64,000 nucleotides of DNA from Callorhinchus milii (lineage: Eukaryota). The position numbers and the translations under genes are program-made. The notes under the pieces were generated by a model. That model was not told where the DNA came from, made no database searches, and worked only from the letters and a program-made list of their open reading frames with translations. Positions 23,971 to 36,380 of the stretch are shown one piece after another (position 1 is the stretch's first letter; each line of letters starts with the position of its first letter). The stretch lies in assembly GCF_018977255.1 (NCBI RefSeq), contig NW_024704743.1, positions 60,824,001 to 60,888,000 of the forward strand. The letters are read 5' to 3'.

Positions 23971-25227
23971 AACAACAACAAAATTACATTTATAGAGCAT
24001 CTTTCGCATCGGGACAACGTTCCAAGATTCATGCTGGACATTCAGGAGTCAGTACCCAAGCATGGGGGAGGGGTGGGGTAAAGGAAGGCAGAGAGGTTAG
24101 AGGGCGACTGAAGGCACAATCAAATCATTATTATTACCGTGTTATATTTTATTACTGTCTCTTATTTGATACTTGGGTTTTGAAACTGTAGTTCAATTCA
24201 GGAAGAAAAATTGAACAAGTAAAGAATTTACTGTTAAATTTAGTTTGAGTTTACCAGATTTACCTTTCTTCATCTCTTTCTACATTTTCTCAAATCCTTG
24301 TTTCTCTCCTTGCCTCCATTTGAAATCTAATAATTTCTTGCAGTGATTCCCTGAAGAGCAATTACAATTGTATTTAATATGAAACTTGTCCTGCTGTGCA
24401 CTCGCTCAATCTCTCGGCTTGCTTTCTCCTAGTTAGTCTACTTTTTCTCAGGCATGCTGAGTCTGTCTGGGTTTATGTGCCTTTTACTTTCAACGATCTC
24501 AACTAGTTGATAATTTAAATACTAACTGCGGTCAACATGAATGCAGGTTTTATGATAGAGTCAAAGGGCAACTTCTAGAGGCACTTATAACCTATTGTTA
24601 AATACTAATTTATTAAAGTGGTCATTCACCACCTGGCTGAACTGGAAAACTAACGGAATGAATACCTCAATACCTCAAGCTGTAAAACAGTTGCTTGAGG
24701 TATTGGAGGTTTTCTTGCTTTGAAGGAATCGCCTGTCCCTTATTCTAACCAAGACCTTCAGGATAGAAGGTGAGAAAACATGGGCTGGAAGTTGGATTTC
24801 TAATCAGGCAAATTTCTGTAAATAATCCTTGCAACTGATATAGTGCATTTCACGGCAGGAGGATGTCTCAAAACGGTTCACAGGATATATTGTAAAGTCT
24901 AGTGAATCTTGTAGGAAATTTCAAAAGCAGTTTCCCTCAAAGAGCCATGGTGTGAATGTTGTGTATCTGGGGATTGTTGGCAAGGACACCGGGACAAACT
25001 TCCTTCTCTTTTCAAATAGTGCCATAACATCTTTAATGGAGCTTGGTTTAATGTTTCATCTCAACAATCACACCTCCAACAATGCAGCTTTCTCCCAGTA
25101 CTTCATTGGAATGTCAGCCCGAATTGTATGTGTTCAAAGGCCTTTGAATTTATGTTATTATTTTACTTAATTGAACTCAGTCATCATCATTGCCTTCAAT
25201 GATCCCCGGGTACATTGGCAGAGAGTA

Positions 25228-25587
25228 AGTAATAATAATATTCCTTGCATTTAATATAGCGCTTTATCACCTCTTCAAGACACCTCAAAGCGCTTCACAG
25301 AATATACTGTAAAGTGAATTGACTGTATATTTTGTGGGTGAAATGCAGCAGCCAATTGAGCACAGCAGTTCCCGCAAACAGTCGTGGATTGAGTGACTAA
25401 TTTTTTTTTGAAGGAATTATTACCTCTGGAAAAGCGATCCGCCAATCGACTAACAACTGGGTTCCTACTTACTGCTAGGTAAACAGAGCTGTGTGGAGTA
25501 AGGAAACTTGCCTAAGGTTTTGCCTTGCCGGAATCAAACCCAGGTCTCTCGCTTGCGAGGCGAGTGCGCTTACAGCTAAGCTACAGG
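25228..25587 (-). mobile_element. tRNA-derived SINE, long variant
   Basis: Near full-length match to the family, including the internal ctgtttacctagcagtaagtaggaaccc segment. Confidence 0.9.
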
Positions 25588-25589
25588 TA

Positions 25590-26160
25590 GGAGGTGAGAA
25601 GGGGATGGATTTTTTGCAATGTGTGCAGCACTCTTTTCTCCAACATGAGGAGAAGCGCTGTTCAACTTAGTTATGGGCAATGAGCCAGAGCAGGTCAGGG
25701 TTTAAATGTGGGGGAGCACCTCAGGAGTAAGTGACCTTAATATAACAAGGTTCAAAATGATTATAGAAAAAGAGATAGACAAGACAAGGACCAAGGGGTT
25801 GATTGGAAAAATAGATAATTATAATGATATGAGGAATTAATTGGCCAATGTAGACTGGAGGAAATTATTGTCAAAGATGGTGAGCACCAATGGAAAATTT
25901 CTAAGCACAAGATTAAAAAGGTGCAGGAGAATCAACAACAACAAATTGCACTTATATAGCGCTTTTCATGCCAGGAAGACATCTGAAGGTGCTGAAATGT
26001 ATTCCATTAAGAAATATATTCTATTAAGTAATGTATTCCACTAAGGAATAATGGAAAATTAACTAATAATGAGATGCTATGGATGAATAAGGAGGTGAAA
26101 ACAAAACTGCAGCTAAGAAAAAGAAATTGAAAATACAAAATAGATAACAGAGAGGAAAAA
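25590..26160 (+). mobile_element. Decayed CR1 ORF2 fragment (endonuclease end/linker) with an L2 tail inserted
   Basis: FLQCVQHSFL.QH..., LVMGNEPEQV, GEHL.SD.NI.RF and ...NVDW-type remnants. Confidence 0.6.
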
Positions 26161-26938
26161 CAGTGAATACAGCATGCCCAATGTTTACTCAAAACGACAA
26201 GGAATTGCCGTATTTGGCATGCAATTGAGAGATGTTCATATGCAGTCTTATGTTTCATTTTAACACATATCAATCCCATCAAAGTGAAAAATGTTATTTA
26301 CATGTGATCAGTCTGTAAAGAGACATCTCATAGGAAAGCAGATAGAGGTATATATGATTTTAAATGGAATTGAGAAAGCAAACTCAGAAAAACAACAGCA
26401 GCAATTTGCATTTATATAATGCTCTTCGCATTGGATAAAGCCCTTTTGAGGGCTTTCAAAAGATGGACTCAGATGCCTGAACAAAGGAGAGAGAAAGGGT
26501 AAGGAGGAGATAACCTTAAGAGTGATCGAAGAGGTTAGGTTTAAAGCAAAACTTAAATACAGATAGAGAAGGGATGAGACAGAGGGGAGGGGGGAGCTCC
26601 AGATGTCAGGCACAATACTTTTGGTTGCACCAAGATGACAGAACAAGAGGACATGGGTTTAGGGTTGCAGAGGGTGATTTCAGGACAGACACCAGGAAGT
26701 ATTTCTTTAATTAGAGAGCAATTAACCATTGGAACCAGCTATCGTGATGGGTGGTTGAGGCCAAGACAATGGACACATTTTTTAAAAAAACGCTCGGTGT
26801 TGTGACAAGACGGCGGTTGGCTGGAAGGGTGAGATTGGTTGGGGTGAAGGGCTTTCTTCACATGAACTGATCATATATTCCATCTTTCATCCCAATAGTA
26901 CAATTTAATCTCTTAAATTAATAATAAATCCATTGTCT

Positions 26939-27306
26939 GGAGTCCTGTAGCTCAGTGATTAGAGCACTCGCCATACAAGCGAGAGACCTGGGTTCAATTC
27001 CTGGCAGAGCAAAATGTTGGGCATGGTTCCTTACCCCACATGCCTCTGTTTACCGAGCAGTAAATAGGAACCTGGTTGTTAGTCAATTGAAGGATTTCTT
27101 TTCTGGGGATAATAATCCTTCAAAAAAACATAATAATTTGGTCCATCAATCCACGACTATTTGTGGGACACTGCTGTGTGCAATTGGCTGCCGAGTTTCT
27201 CCCACAGATATAAGGTCAATTCACTTTGCAGCATATTCTGTGAAGCATTTTGAGACGTCTAGAAGACGTGAAAAGCGCTATCTCAAATGCAAGGATTATT
27301 ATTATG
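26939..27306 (+). mobile_element. tRNA-derived SINE, long variant, full length
   Basis: GGAGTCCTGTAGCTCAGTGATTAGAGC...GGGTTCAATTCC head and a gcaagga(tta)n tail. Confidence 0.9.
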
Positions 27307-27653
27307 ACTATCCATTCCTCTATCGAGGTATAAAATATCACATAACTTCATTGTGTTTTAAACATCCTGAGATTTATATTTACACAGTGCTCATCATTCA
27401 AAATATCTACTAACCTTTTTGCATTAAAGGCACAAATTTATTCATTCAGAAACTATTCTTTAATGTTCAGTGCATTATTCTAATTGAGGTGAATAATTCA
27501 CTATTCTCCTAGAGTATTAATCGAAATTCCAGAGTACATGTTGCAGGGTGGAACTGCAGTTTTAGAGCAGCCATTCAAACTGCACAGTGTAATGCTTTTG
27601 TTCATTGCTGTGGCTAATCTTATGTGTTATTATCTGATTCTTGAGATTACCAG

Positions 27654-27796
27654 TCTGGGATAGATTTTGCAGTCAATGTAAATTCTCTGGGATAGATTTC
27701 TCAGTCAATGTAAATTCTCTGGGATAGATTTCTCAGTCAATGTAAATTCTCTGAGATAGATTTCTCAGTCAATATCAATTCTCTAGGATAGATTTC
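27654..27796 (+). repeat. Minisatellite, 32-bp unit x ~4.5 (tctgggatagatttctcagtcaatgtaaattc)
   Basis: Units start at 27654, 27686, 27718, 27750 and 27782; no spacers. Confidence 0.95.
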
Positions 27797-27900
27797 CCCA
27801 TCTCCTTTAAAGTGCATTGAAACCAAGGTCTTAACACTAAAATAAATCCTGTCTTTCTCTGTCTTTCTCTGATTACATCTTCAGAAATATACCTTTTGAA

Positions 27901-29325
27901 CAACAACAACAAACAACAAAATTACATTTGTATAGCACCTTTCATGTCGGGAGGACATCCCAAGGCACCGAGTTTCGGACTCGAGCTGGGCATTGGGGAT
28001 CGGGGTGGGGGAGTGTGGAGGGCAGGGGGGTAAGCAGGGAGATCAAAAGCACAGTCGAAGAGGAGGGTCTTGAGATAGGTCTTGAAGGAGGCCAGGGAGG
28101 GGACAAGGTGGAGGAACTGTGGGATTGATTTCCAGAGGGTGGGAGCAGAGTGGCAGAAGGCCCACCCGCCAATAGTAGGGCGAGTGAGGCAGGGGACGTG
28201 AAGCAGGCCGGAGCCCACTGAGCGGAGGAAATGGGCAGGATGGTAGGGGAAGTCGTAGAGGTAGGTTGGAGAAAGGCTATGGAGGGCTATGAATGTGAGG
28301 ACCAGGATCTTGAACTATAACCTCTGTGTGATGGGAAGCCAGTGGAGTCGAGCGAGGATGGGGCTGATAGGGTCACAAAGTCTTGTGTGAGAGAGGATAT
28401 GGGCTGCAGAGTTCTGGATGATCTGCAGCCTGTGGAGGGAGGAGTTGAGGAGGCCAACAAGCAATGAGTTTGCATAGTCAAGCCTCAATGTAATGAAAGC
28501 GTGTATGAGGGTTTCGGTGACCTGCGGTGTGAGACAGTGCCGGAGCCGGGCGATGTTGTGGAGTTGGGGAAGGTAGAGCGGGTCATGGCGCAGATGTGGG
28601 GTAGAAAGGATAGTTGAGGGTCAAACAAGAGCCCAAGGTTCTGGAATGGCTTAGCAAAGTGGTGTGTGCATCCATGGATGGTGATGCTGTCAGCGCCTGA
28701 GGTGTGGAGGCACTGATGGGAGCCAATCTGTCTTGTTGATGTTCAACTGAAGAAAATTAGCTCTCATCATCCAGTACTTAATTTAAGAGATTCTGTCAGG
28801 ACAGCAGTGTTCCTGGAGTCAAGGGTGGAGGCAGAGAGGTACAGTTGAGTGTCATCCGCATACATGTGGAAGTTGACCCCATGTCTTCGGGTGATATCAC
28901 CAAGAGGGAGCATATAGATTTTGAAGAGGAGGGGATCAAGGACAGATCTGAACCAGTCAAGGACAGAGCCGTGAAGGTTGAAGTGAAGGGAGAGGGGTGG
29001 ATGAGGATAGAATGGTCGACGGTGTCAAAGGCAGCAGAGAGGACGAGGAGGCAGAGGGAGCCCTGATCTCAGATGGACAGAATGTCACGTGTCACTTTGA
29101 CCAGGGCTGTTTCTGTTCTGTGGGCGGCATGGAAACCTGACTGGAGGGGTTCGAGAAGGGAGTGGCGGGAGAGGGAAGAGCGAAGCTGGGAAGCAACAAC
29201 TCTTTCCAGGACCTTGGAGAGAAAAGGGATGTTGGAGATGGGGCAGTAGTTTGGGAGTAGAGAAGAGTCCAGGGAGGGTTTTTTAAGGATAGGAGTGATG
29301 ACAGCGGTTTTGAATTCACCTTTCT
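27901..29325 (-). mobile_element. L2 LINE, 5'-truncated with internal deletions
   Basis: Reverse strand FKTAVITPILKKPSLD...NY.PISNIPFLSKVLERVVA.QL...QSGF..AH.TETALVKV, a YADD remnant, the RT C-terminus and a (ttg)n tail. Confidence 0.9.
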
Positions 29326-31045
29326 GGAATCTACTGATATGAAAACACATAAGAATTGGTTTTGATTTGTGATGTGATCAGCAATTAATTGAAACATTCA
29401 TTAAAGAGGAATGGTGTGTACAAGCATCTATTTTCTTAAAGGTCTACCCTTCTTGCATTGTGCTGGCAACCAAGTAGTGATCAATTTCCCCCTGGGAGCA
29501 TCAAATTATTTTGTCCTCAGTTAATCCCATTTATAGAGATTTTGTATTTATTTTAAAGCCAAGTGAAAACCAGAGACAAGCTGTGCAATCGATTAATGTT
29601 CCATTATTTATGTTGATAAAGGAACCATTTTATACTTGTGATTGCATTTTATTGATTCTGTTGCACTTTGAAATATTTTCTTGAGCCTAGACATTCTTTG
29701 ACTAATGAATAGTAGAGTGCGCTGATGTGATTGTCAAAGTGCCACACAAGACTGCATATGAACATCTCTCAATTGCATGCCCAATGTAGCAATTCCTTGC
29801 CGTTTGGAGTGAACATTGCACATGCTTCACTATTGGGTTTCTGTTTGAGAAGAATGGGACAAAATGTCAGGACTTGGAATCACATAGTCTAAGCTGACTC
29901 TTAAATGCAATGCTGGAGGTCTGTTGTAATGTTGGAGGCGCCATCATTCAGATGAGATGTTAAACCGAGGTGCCGTCTGCCTGTTAAAGCTCCCATAGCA
30001 CTATTCGAAAATAGAAGTGAGTTTCTCTGTCAAGTGATTTGAGACGTTTCGACAATGTGATAAGACGCAATATCAAATGCAAGGATTATTATTATTAAAT
30101 GAAATCTAGTTGGCTGCTGATAGGAACCTTGCAGTATGATGGAAAATAAATTGCTTTGGTTGACAAATTGTCTTTCTAAGCTATTTTTAATGTAATGGAA
30201 TGAAATTTAGTCATAAATCTATTAAGTGTATAATGAAAATAAAGCAATATTTCCACAAAAGTAATAAAGCAAAAATGACAGCATTGCAGAAAATGTGAGA
30301 GATTAAACTACCGTATTTGGTGTGATGATTGAACTTGAATGAAATGACCCTGTTGAATGAGTCTACCGCACATTCTGGTAACATCTTTGCTGCCTGTCCA
30401 GCTAGGACTACCCTCCTGTTTGGGCTTTGGCTTGCAGGGTTAAGAGGAGTTAAGTGTGAAGAAATCTGTTCTCAGTTACCAGTCTGCCCTTTAACTTCTG
30501 CGAGCAACCCAGGCTGACTGGACTGTCATCAGTAGTGCCTTTGAGTACAGTGCTCAAAAACTGGAATACTGGGACCACCACAGAGGATTGACTTAATTCT
30601 GATACTTGCCCCAATTTATAACTAGATTCCTTATCAGGAAAACTGGAAGTATGTCACAGAAAAACTGTCTCCTTTGACTTCATCTATTTTATGAATAAAG
30701 TAACCATGGTGCAGTGAGCTGTGTCTTTGGTATTCAATGAAAGCAAATTCAGCTCTTCAAGCCTCTTTTGATAACTTGGATCCCTAAGTCTTTGATCATC
30801 TTGATGATGGTCACAATATGTAATAAGGAAATTGTTCACTTTCTGGTTTTGAATCTTTTGGTTGCATTGATATGCACTTTGACAGGAAAAAACACTGATG
30901 TGAGTGTCTTAGTCCCTCTGTCGTTTTACCTTCAAATCCCAATTCTTTAATAAGATGATTTTACTGATTATCTTTGAGTAATGGTCATTCCTGCATAGGT
31001 CTCTTCATTATAAATAGTTCAATTAACTTGAGAATAATTTCCATA

Positions 31046-31356
31046 TAATAATAATAATCCTTGCATTTGATATAGCGCTTTTTACGTCGGGAGGACGTCC
31101 CAAAGCGCTTCACAGAACACACTGCAAAGTGAATTGACTGTATATTTGTGGGCGAACGCGGCAGCCAATTGCGCACAGCAATGTCCCACAAACAGTCGTA
31201 GATTGAAAATGACCAATTTATTATTGTTTTTGGTTTTGGAGGGATTATTATTAGGCGTGTGGAGTAAGAAAACTTGCCCAAGGTTTCGCCCTGCCTGGAA
31301 TTGAACTCAGGTCTCTCGCTTGCAAAGCGAGTGCTCTAACCACTGAGCTACCGGAC
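31046..31356 (-). mobile_element. Young tRNA-derived SINE, short variant
   Basis: Near-identical to 7732-8066 and 58376-58702. An older partial head follows at about 31410-31575. Confidence 0.9.
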
Positions 31357-31934
31357 CATTTCAGGAGGGTAGCATACTTATTTGACTCAACAGCATTTGC
31401 TCTAAGAATCACATCCAATACGCTAATTGATTAACACCAGGTTTCTACTCACTGCAAGGAAAATACGAGCATGTCGAGTAAGGTAACTTGCCTGAGGTTT
31501 CACCCCATCCAGGAATCAAACCTAGGTCCTCTCACTTGCGAGGCAAGTGTGCTCACTACTACTCTATGGGCTCCACATTACTCGTACAGCTGAGCCAGTA
31601 AGATGCTCTTTGCATGAACATAAGCGGCAACATAATAAAAACTAAATTTAAATTGTGAGCACCTCAGCTGAATTGATAGTGGTCTTGGGATTTAAATGAA
31701 TCATAGTTATTTATGTTAGTTGTAGAATATCAAAAAATGATCCTTACAGTGAGAGATTCCAATTATAAGTCGCTACTATTAGGAGCAAGAAGAATTTCAC
31801 TAGTATCCGCAAACAAAGACAGCCCATATAGATTTTTCTTTTACAGCACAGCAGAACTCATTTGGCCCATCATGTCATGAAAATATTTACCTGATAGAAA
31901 GAATTCTGCATAGGAAGCTGTTGAATGCAATATC

Positions 31935-32385
31935 AGCAGCCATATCCACTCCCGCACCAGATTCTGTGAGCTTATCACTCCTATCCTTGCTCAGCTGATC
32001 CAAATCAAGATCCTCGATCTCACCTTCAAATCCTTCCATGGTCTTGTCTACCCTACCTTTGCAACCTCGATCAATTCCTGTAACCTAACCATTCGCTCAG
32101 CAAACACTGACCAGCTCCATATTCCCCTCTCTATCCACCATCAGTGGCTTTCAGGTATTTCCCCGCACTCTTTGGAATTCCATCCCCAAATCCCTCCAAT
32201 TCACTTCCTCCTTCCCTTTGTTTAAGGTCTGTCTCAGGACCTACCTCTTTGACTGTGCTTTTGGACATCTATCGCCTCCTCACCCCCTTTGGCTTTCACC
32301 CCCAGCTGAGTTCCTCTGCTAGCCATGTCAAGCTGTTTGAGACATTCTCCCGATATGAAAGGCGCTATATAAATATAAATTATAT
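31935..32385 (+). mobile_element. L2 LINE 3' fragment, diverged
   Basis: tcaagatcctc...caccttcaaatccttccatgg...ggcgctatataaat. Confidence 0.7.
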
Positions 32386-34013
32386 TTTGTTGGACAGGGG
32401 TCATGTTATGTTGTTTGGTTAAAATAACAACCTTTTAGTCACATCTATCTGATGGGTAATCCCATTATAAAGATATAATGAAAAGCCTAAAGCTTATTTC
32501 ACATTGTGAGTTTGCCTGTAGAGACACACTGGCAACCTGTAATGAAGACTGATCAAATTTCACAGGGCTTTAATGTCTCTCGATCATTCTGGGAATTTGA
32601 TCTCCCGTTGTCTCTGACCAAGTTGTTTCCATCTTCAGAATGAAAAAGGATGACATCAGATGAAAAAAGGATATTAAAATCCTGTCACCATGCATGTATG
32701 TAAAACTTGCTGGATATAATGTTATCATTACTAATGCTCTTCATCAGCTGCTGTTTCTTAACTAAAGAGTGTGTGGGCTCTAGTTAGAGGGACTTGATCC
32801 CGCAGAGGATTATGATAATCCTTTTTTTGTTTAGGTTCTGCTTGTAATAACTATTTGTAAGTTGAATATGTTTTCTATGGTTCAGCTGCATAACTTCATG
32901 CAGAAATGTTTTTTTGCCTGTTTGGAGCCAGACGTGTTGAAGGAGCTGCCAATGTCAACGTTGGAATAATGGACAAGGCATTGAGCGCTCTGCAGGTGAA
33001 GCTGGATCTGTTACGTCCAAGTCTTGTAGCAACTATTCCAATATTGATTTCAGTCAATAAATAAAATAAATGGCTTTCACTTCATTGGTTTTGATCATGC
33101 ATCAAAACAAAGTGCAATTTAAGCTGTGCTCCAGTTCATGGTTCCTTTGCAGCATAAACTCACTCTTGAATGTGTGAAACTATTAATAGCACCATCCAGA
33201 ATTAGCAATTGTAAAATGCCATTGTGTGAGTGCATTTTGTCAACGATGGATTTAAATAAAAATGTCAACTGTCCTCAGTAATGTATTGCCGACAGAATTC
33301 CAGTTCCAGATAGGAACTAAATGCAGGATCAGTGAGAGCGCAGTATCTGATGTCTGAAATTCTGCACAGAATACATTTTGATCATTATATCTAGCATAAT
33401 AAGTAAGCAGACAGCCTGCTTCATATTTGTAGGCTGAAGACGTTACAATTTAAGATCATGTGGAAATTTAGAAAACAGTCTTAAATTTAGTGTTGATTTG
33501 GTAACTGATTATTGTTGTTTTGTAAGGTAAATAATTATCTTAATAAGCAGCTCATGTGCACTGTAATGGTCGGTGTAATGAATAGCTCCAAGGGCAGGCT
33601 GATTGTGTTAGCGGGTGTTTCTTGATCATGTGAGTTGCATGGTCATGTGGGTCAGCTAAAGGGAGTTTCTCCCAGTTTCCTGGCCAACAAATTCCCAAGA
33701 AAATCGGTCAATTTGTTTCTTGGTTGTTTGTGGGACATTGTGCTGTGCCCAAATTGTCTGCTACACTTGTCTACCAAATATAGTCATGACACTTTACAGT
33801 GAATCCTTTGAGACACTATATCAAATGCAAATATTATTATTGCAGTTTAGATCACTCCATAGAGGTAGTTTCTAAATGATTCTCAGTGATGGGTCAGCCA
33901 GACCAATAACAATGCCACATTATTATACATTATATTTTCGCCCCCAAACTAAACATGTACTGGGATTGAATTCAGGACACCTATTAACTGACAGCAATAA
34001 TAATAATCCTTGT

Positions 34014-34142
34014 CAGAAAAACAGAAGTCGCTGGGAACACTCAGCAGGTCAGGCAGCATCCATGGAGAAAGGAAAGTGAGTCAACGTTTTGAGTCCACGA
34101 CCCTTCGTAAGAACTCAACGAGGTGCTTCATCAGTTCTGACT
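34014..34142. mobile_element. Penelope-like pseudo-LTR fragment with degenerate hammerhead motifs
   Basis: aaaacagaagtcgctgggaacactcagcaggtcaggcagcatc...aacgtt...cttcgtaagaact resembles chondrichthyan Penelope-derived repeats. The minus strand has CUuACGA-stem-aAAAC and a second CUGAUGA. Confidence 0.65.
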
Positions 34143-34147
34143 AGATT

Positions 34148-34540
34148 TTGACTTCAAGATCCTCACTCTTGTCTTCAAATCTCTCCACTGCTCTGCACCC
34201 TTCCACCTCTCTGACCTGCTCTCTCCTCACAACAGTGCCCGTTGCCTTCGCTCCACTGTTCTGGCCTCCTCCTTGTCCCCCGAATCCTCCGCTCCACCCT
34301 CGGCAGCCATGCCTTCAGCCATTACACCCCGAAGCTCTAGAGTTCACTTCCTCACTCCCTTCGCTTCGCCCTCTTTCTTCCTATTTTCAGGTCTCGGCTG
34401 AAGACCTTTCTTTTCGACCGCGCCTTTGGTTACCTTCCTCCCCCTCCCCCTGGCTCGGCCCCGGGATCTGTTACTGTGAAGCACTCTGAGATGCCGTCCG
34501 GCGTGGAGGACGCTATATAAATCCAAGTTGTTGTTGTTCT
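34148..34540 (+). mobile_element. Young L2 LINE 3' fragment
   Basis: Highly similar to 16590-16975, same gctatataaatccaag(ttg)n end. Confidence 0.92.
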
Positions 34541-35629
34541 CCATAATAATCCTTGTATTATTATTATTATTGTATTTGATACAGAACCTTTTATGTCAGG
34601 AGGACTATCAAAGCGCTTTACAGGATTCCATGTAAAGGGTAGTGACTGTGTATTTTGTGGACAAATGTAATCCAGCAGTCTGAGTTGGATTCATACGAAC
34701 GTCGAGAGGTGAAAAGATTGTCCAATGCTACACGCCCCAGAATTCCTACCCTTTTTGCTTAAATCTAATAATCCTGCTTCAACAGGTACTGCCAGGTTTA
34801 GAACCGCATAATTTGTTGTCCTGGATATTTTATCTCTTAGAACTGTTAGTTTTCCTGTTTCTTGTGATTATGGGCCAAGCCAAAATTGATTTTAAGATCC
34901 TAAATTGATGACAGAACCCACTGCCCATCAGCAAGGCTCTAAGAATTTTCAAATTAGATTAGAGGCTCTTTCAGTCTCTGTTGGGGCGTCCTCACGATGT
35001 GAAAGGCGCTACACAAATGTAATTTTGTTGTTATTGTTGTTGTTTTTATGTCCCTTTCACTGACTGACGTGCCTTGCAGCCAGTCTCTCAAATTAAACAT
35101 GAGTTGCATCTCTAGATACATTCAAAAGGACAGAATGAACTGTAAATATGAACGGGTGAAGAATGGATGAGAGATGGAGAGATTTTGTTTTGCCCCGAGA
35201 TTTGAGAATAATAATGAGAAGTACAGATGTACTTTTTTATCCCTTAAGTCAATTTACTTAGTAACTCACTTAAATAGCAAAACTGCCACTGGGTTATGAT
35301 CAATGAAAGAGTAAGACGTATATCATACCCCACGGCTGCTCATTTTGCATTCTGCTTGTATAGCATGTGTAAGTAGATGAACGTAAAATAAAAGTTGGTT
35401 GCACATATGCACTTTAAATCTAAAATATTTCAGGCATGTATGATAGACTAGTTCTGGTGACATCAACAAATTGTTTCTGAAAATTACACCTGTTCTCATT
35501 TGATATATAAAAAAGTACCTTTAACCTCCACTACACTAGCTATTATTTAAGCTATTGTAATAACACAGAGCCTCCTCAGTAAGTGAATATATTCTGTAGT
35601 GCTGTATTGATCCTGATAAATGTTGAAAA

Positions 35630-36380
35630 TATCAGTTCCTGTTTTTTGCTGAATTAGCTCATCTCAGCTGGAATGGAAATCGGGAATATAACCCTCCATG
35701 GTGCTAAGGGTAGGGAGGGGAAGGATTGTCCAAGATGCTCATTCTTGATTGCTATACATTTTCTCTGCTGGTAAGAGCACATGTGGAGATGTCCAGATAA
35801 AGGACAGGAGCCATCTCAGCTATGATGCTTTGATGACCGTATAATCTATCAACATTCAGTATGTATACTAATCATAATCCTTGTATTAGAGATAGCACCT
35901 TTCAGGTAGGGAGACCATCTCAAAGCTTTGCGTGATTTACTGCAAAGTATAGTAATTTTGTATTTATCCCATACACAACCATGAAGTGACCAATCAATTT
36001 TTATCTGGGAGATTGCTGGCTAGGACCTTGGGAGGAATTCCCTTCTCTTTTTGAATTGTGCAATGGGATCTTTGACATCCGCCTGAACAGCAGACAAAAT
36101 CCCAGTTTAATATTTCATCCAAAGAATGGGACCTTGAATTTTCAGCTCATCCCCCAGCACTGTGTTGGAGACTAGATTACGTAAATTCAAAATCCCGATT
36201 TGGGACTTGAACACATCACCTTCTGACTCAGAGGTAAGAATGCTATCAACAAATCCAGGGTTATTTATGGTCAGTCAATAAAAATGGCCAGTTGGATGGG
36301 GAGTGATTGCCTATTGCCTGTGGAATTATAAACCAACATGAATCAGTGCTTTCAAAAGAAGAAGGGAAGAATAAATGAAA
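35630..36380 (+). mobile_element. Ancient tRNA-headed SINE of a second family, interrupted by a minus-strand Deu SINE (about 35870-36265)
   Basis: gctgaattagctcatctcagctgg...gggtagggagggg...gattgctat...ctgctgg...aggacagg... resumes at about 36280 (aatggcca). Related copies at about 44960-45070, 45850-46200, 60320-60570 (-) and 62402-62580. Family name not certain. Confidence 0.55.

Noticed and set aside
26939..27010. tRNA gene (also other SINE heads)
   Set aside because: A and B boxes are present, but the sequence runs into the SINE body with no proper acceptor stem or Pol III terminator.
27654..27796. CRISPR-like 32-bp repeats
   Set aside because: The units are directly tandem with no spacers, there are no cas genes, and the context is eukaryotic.
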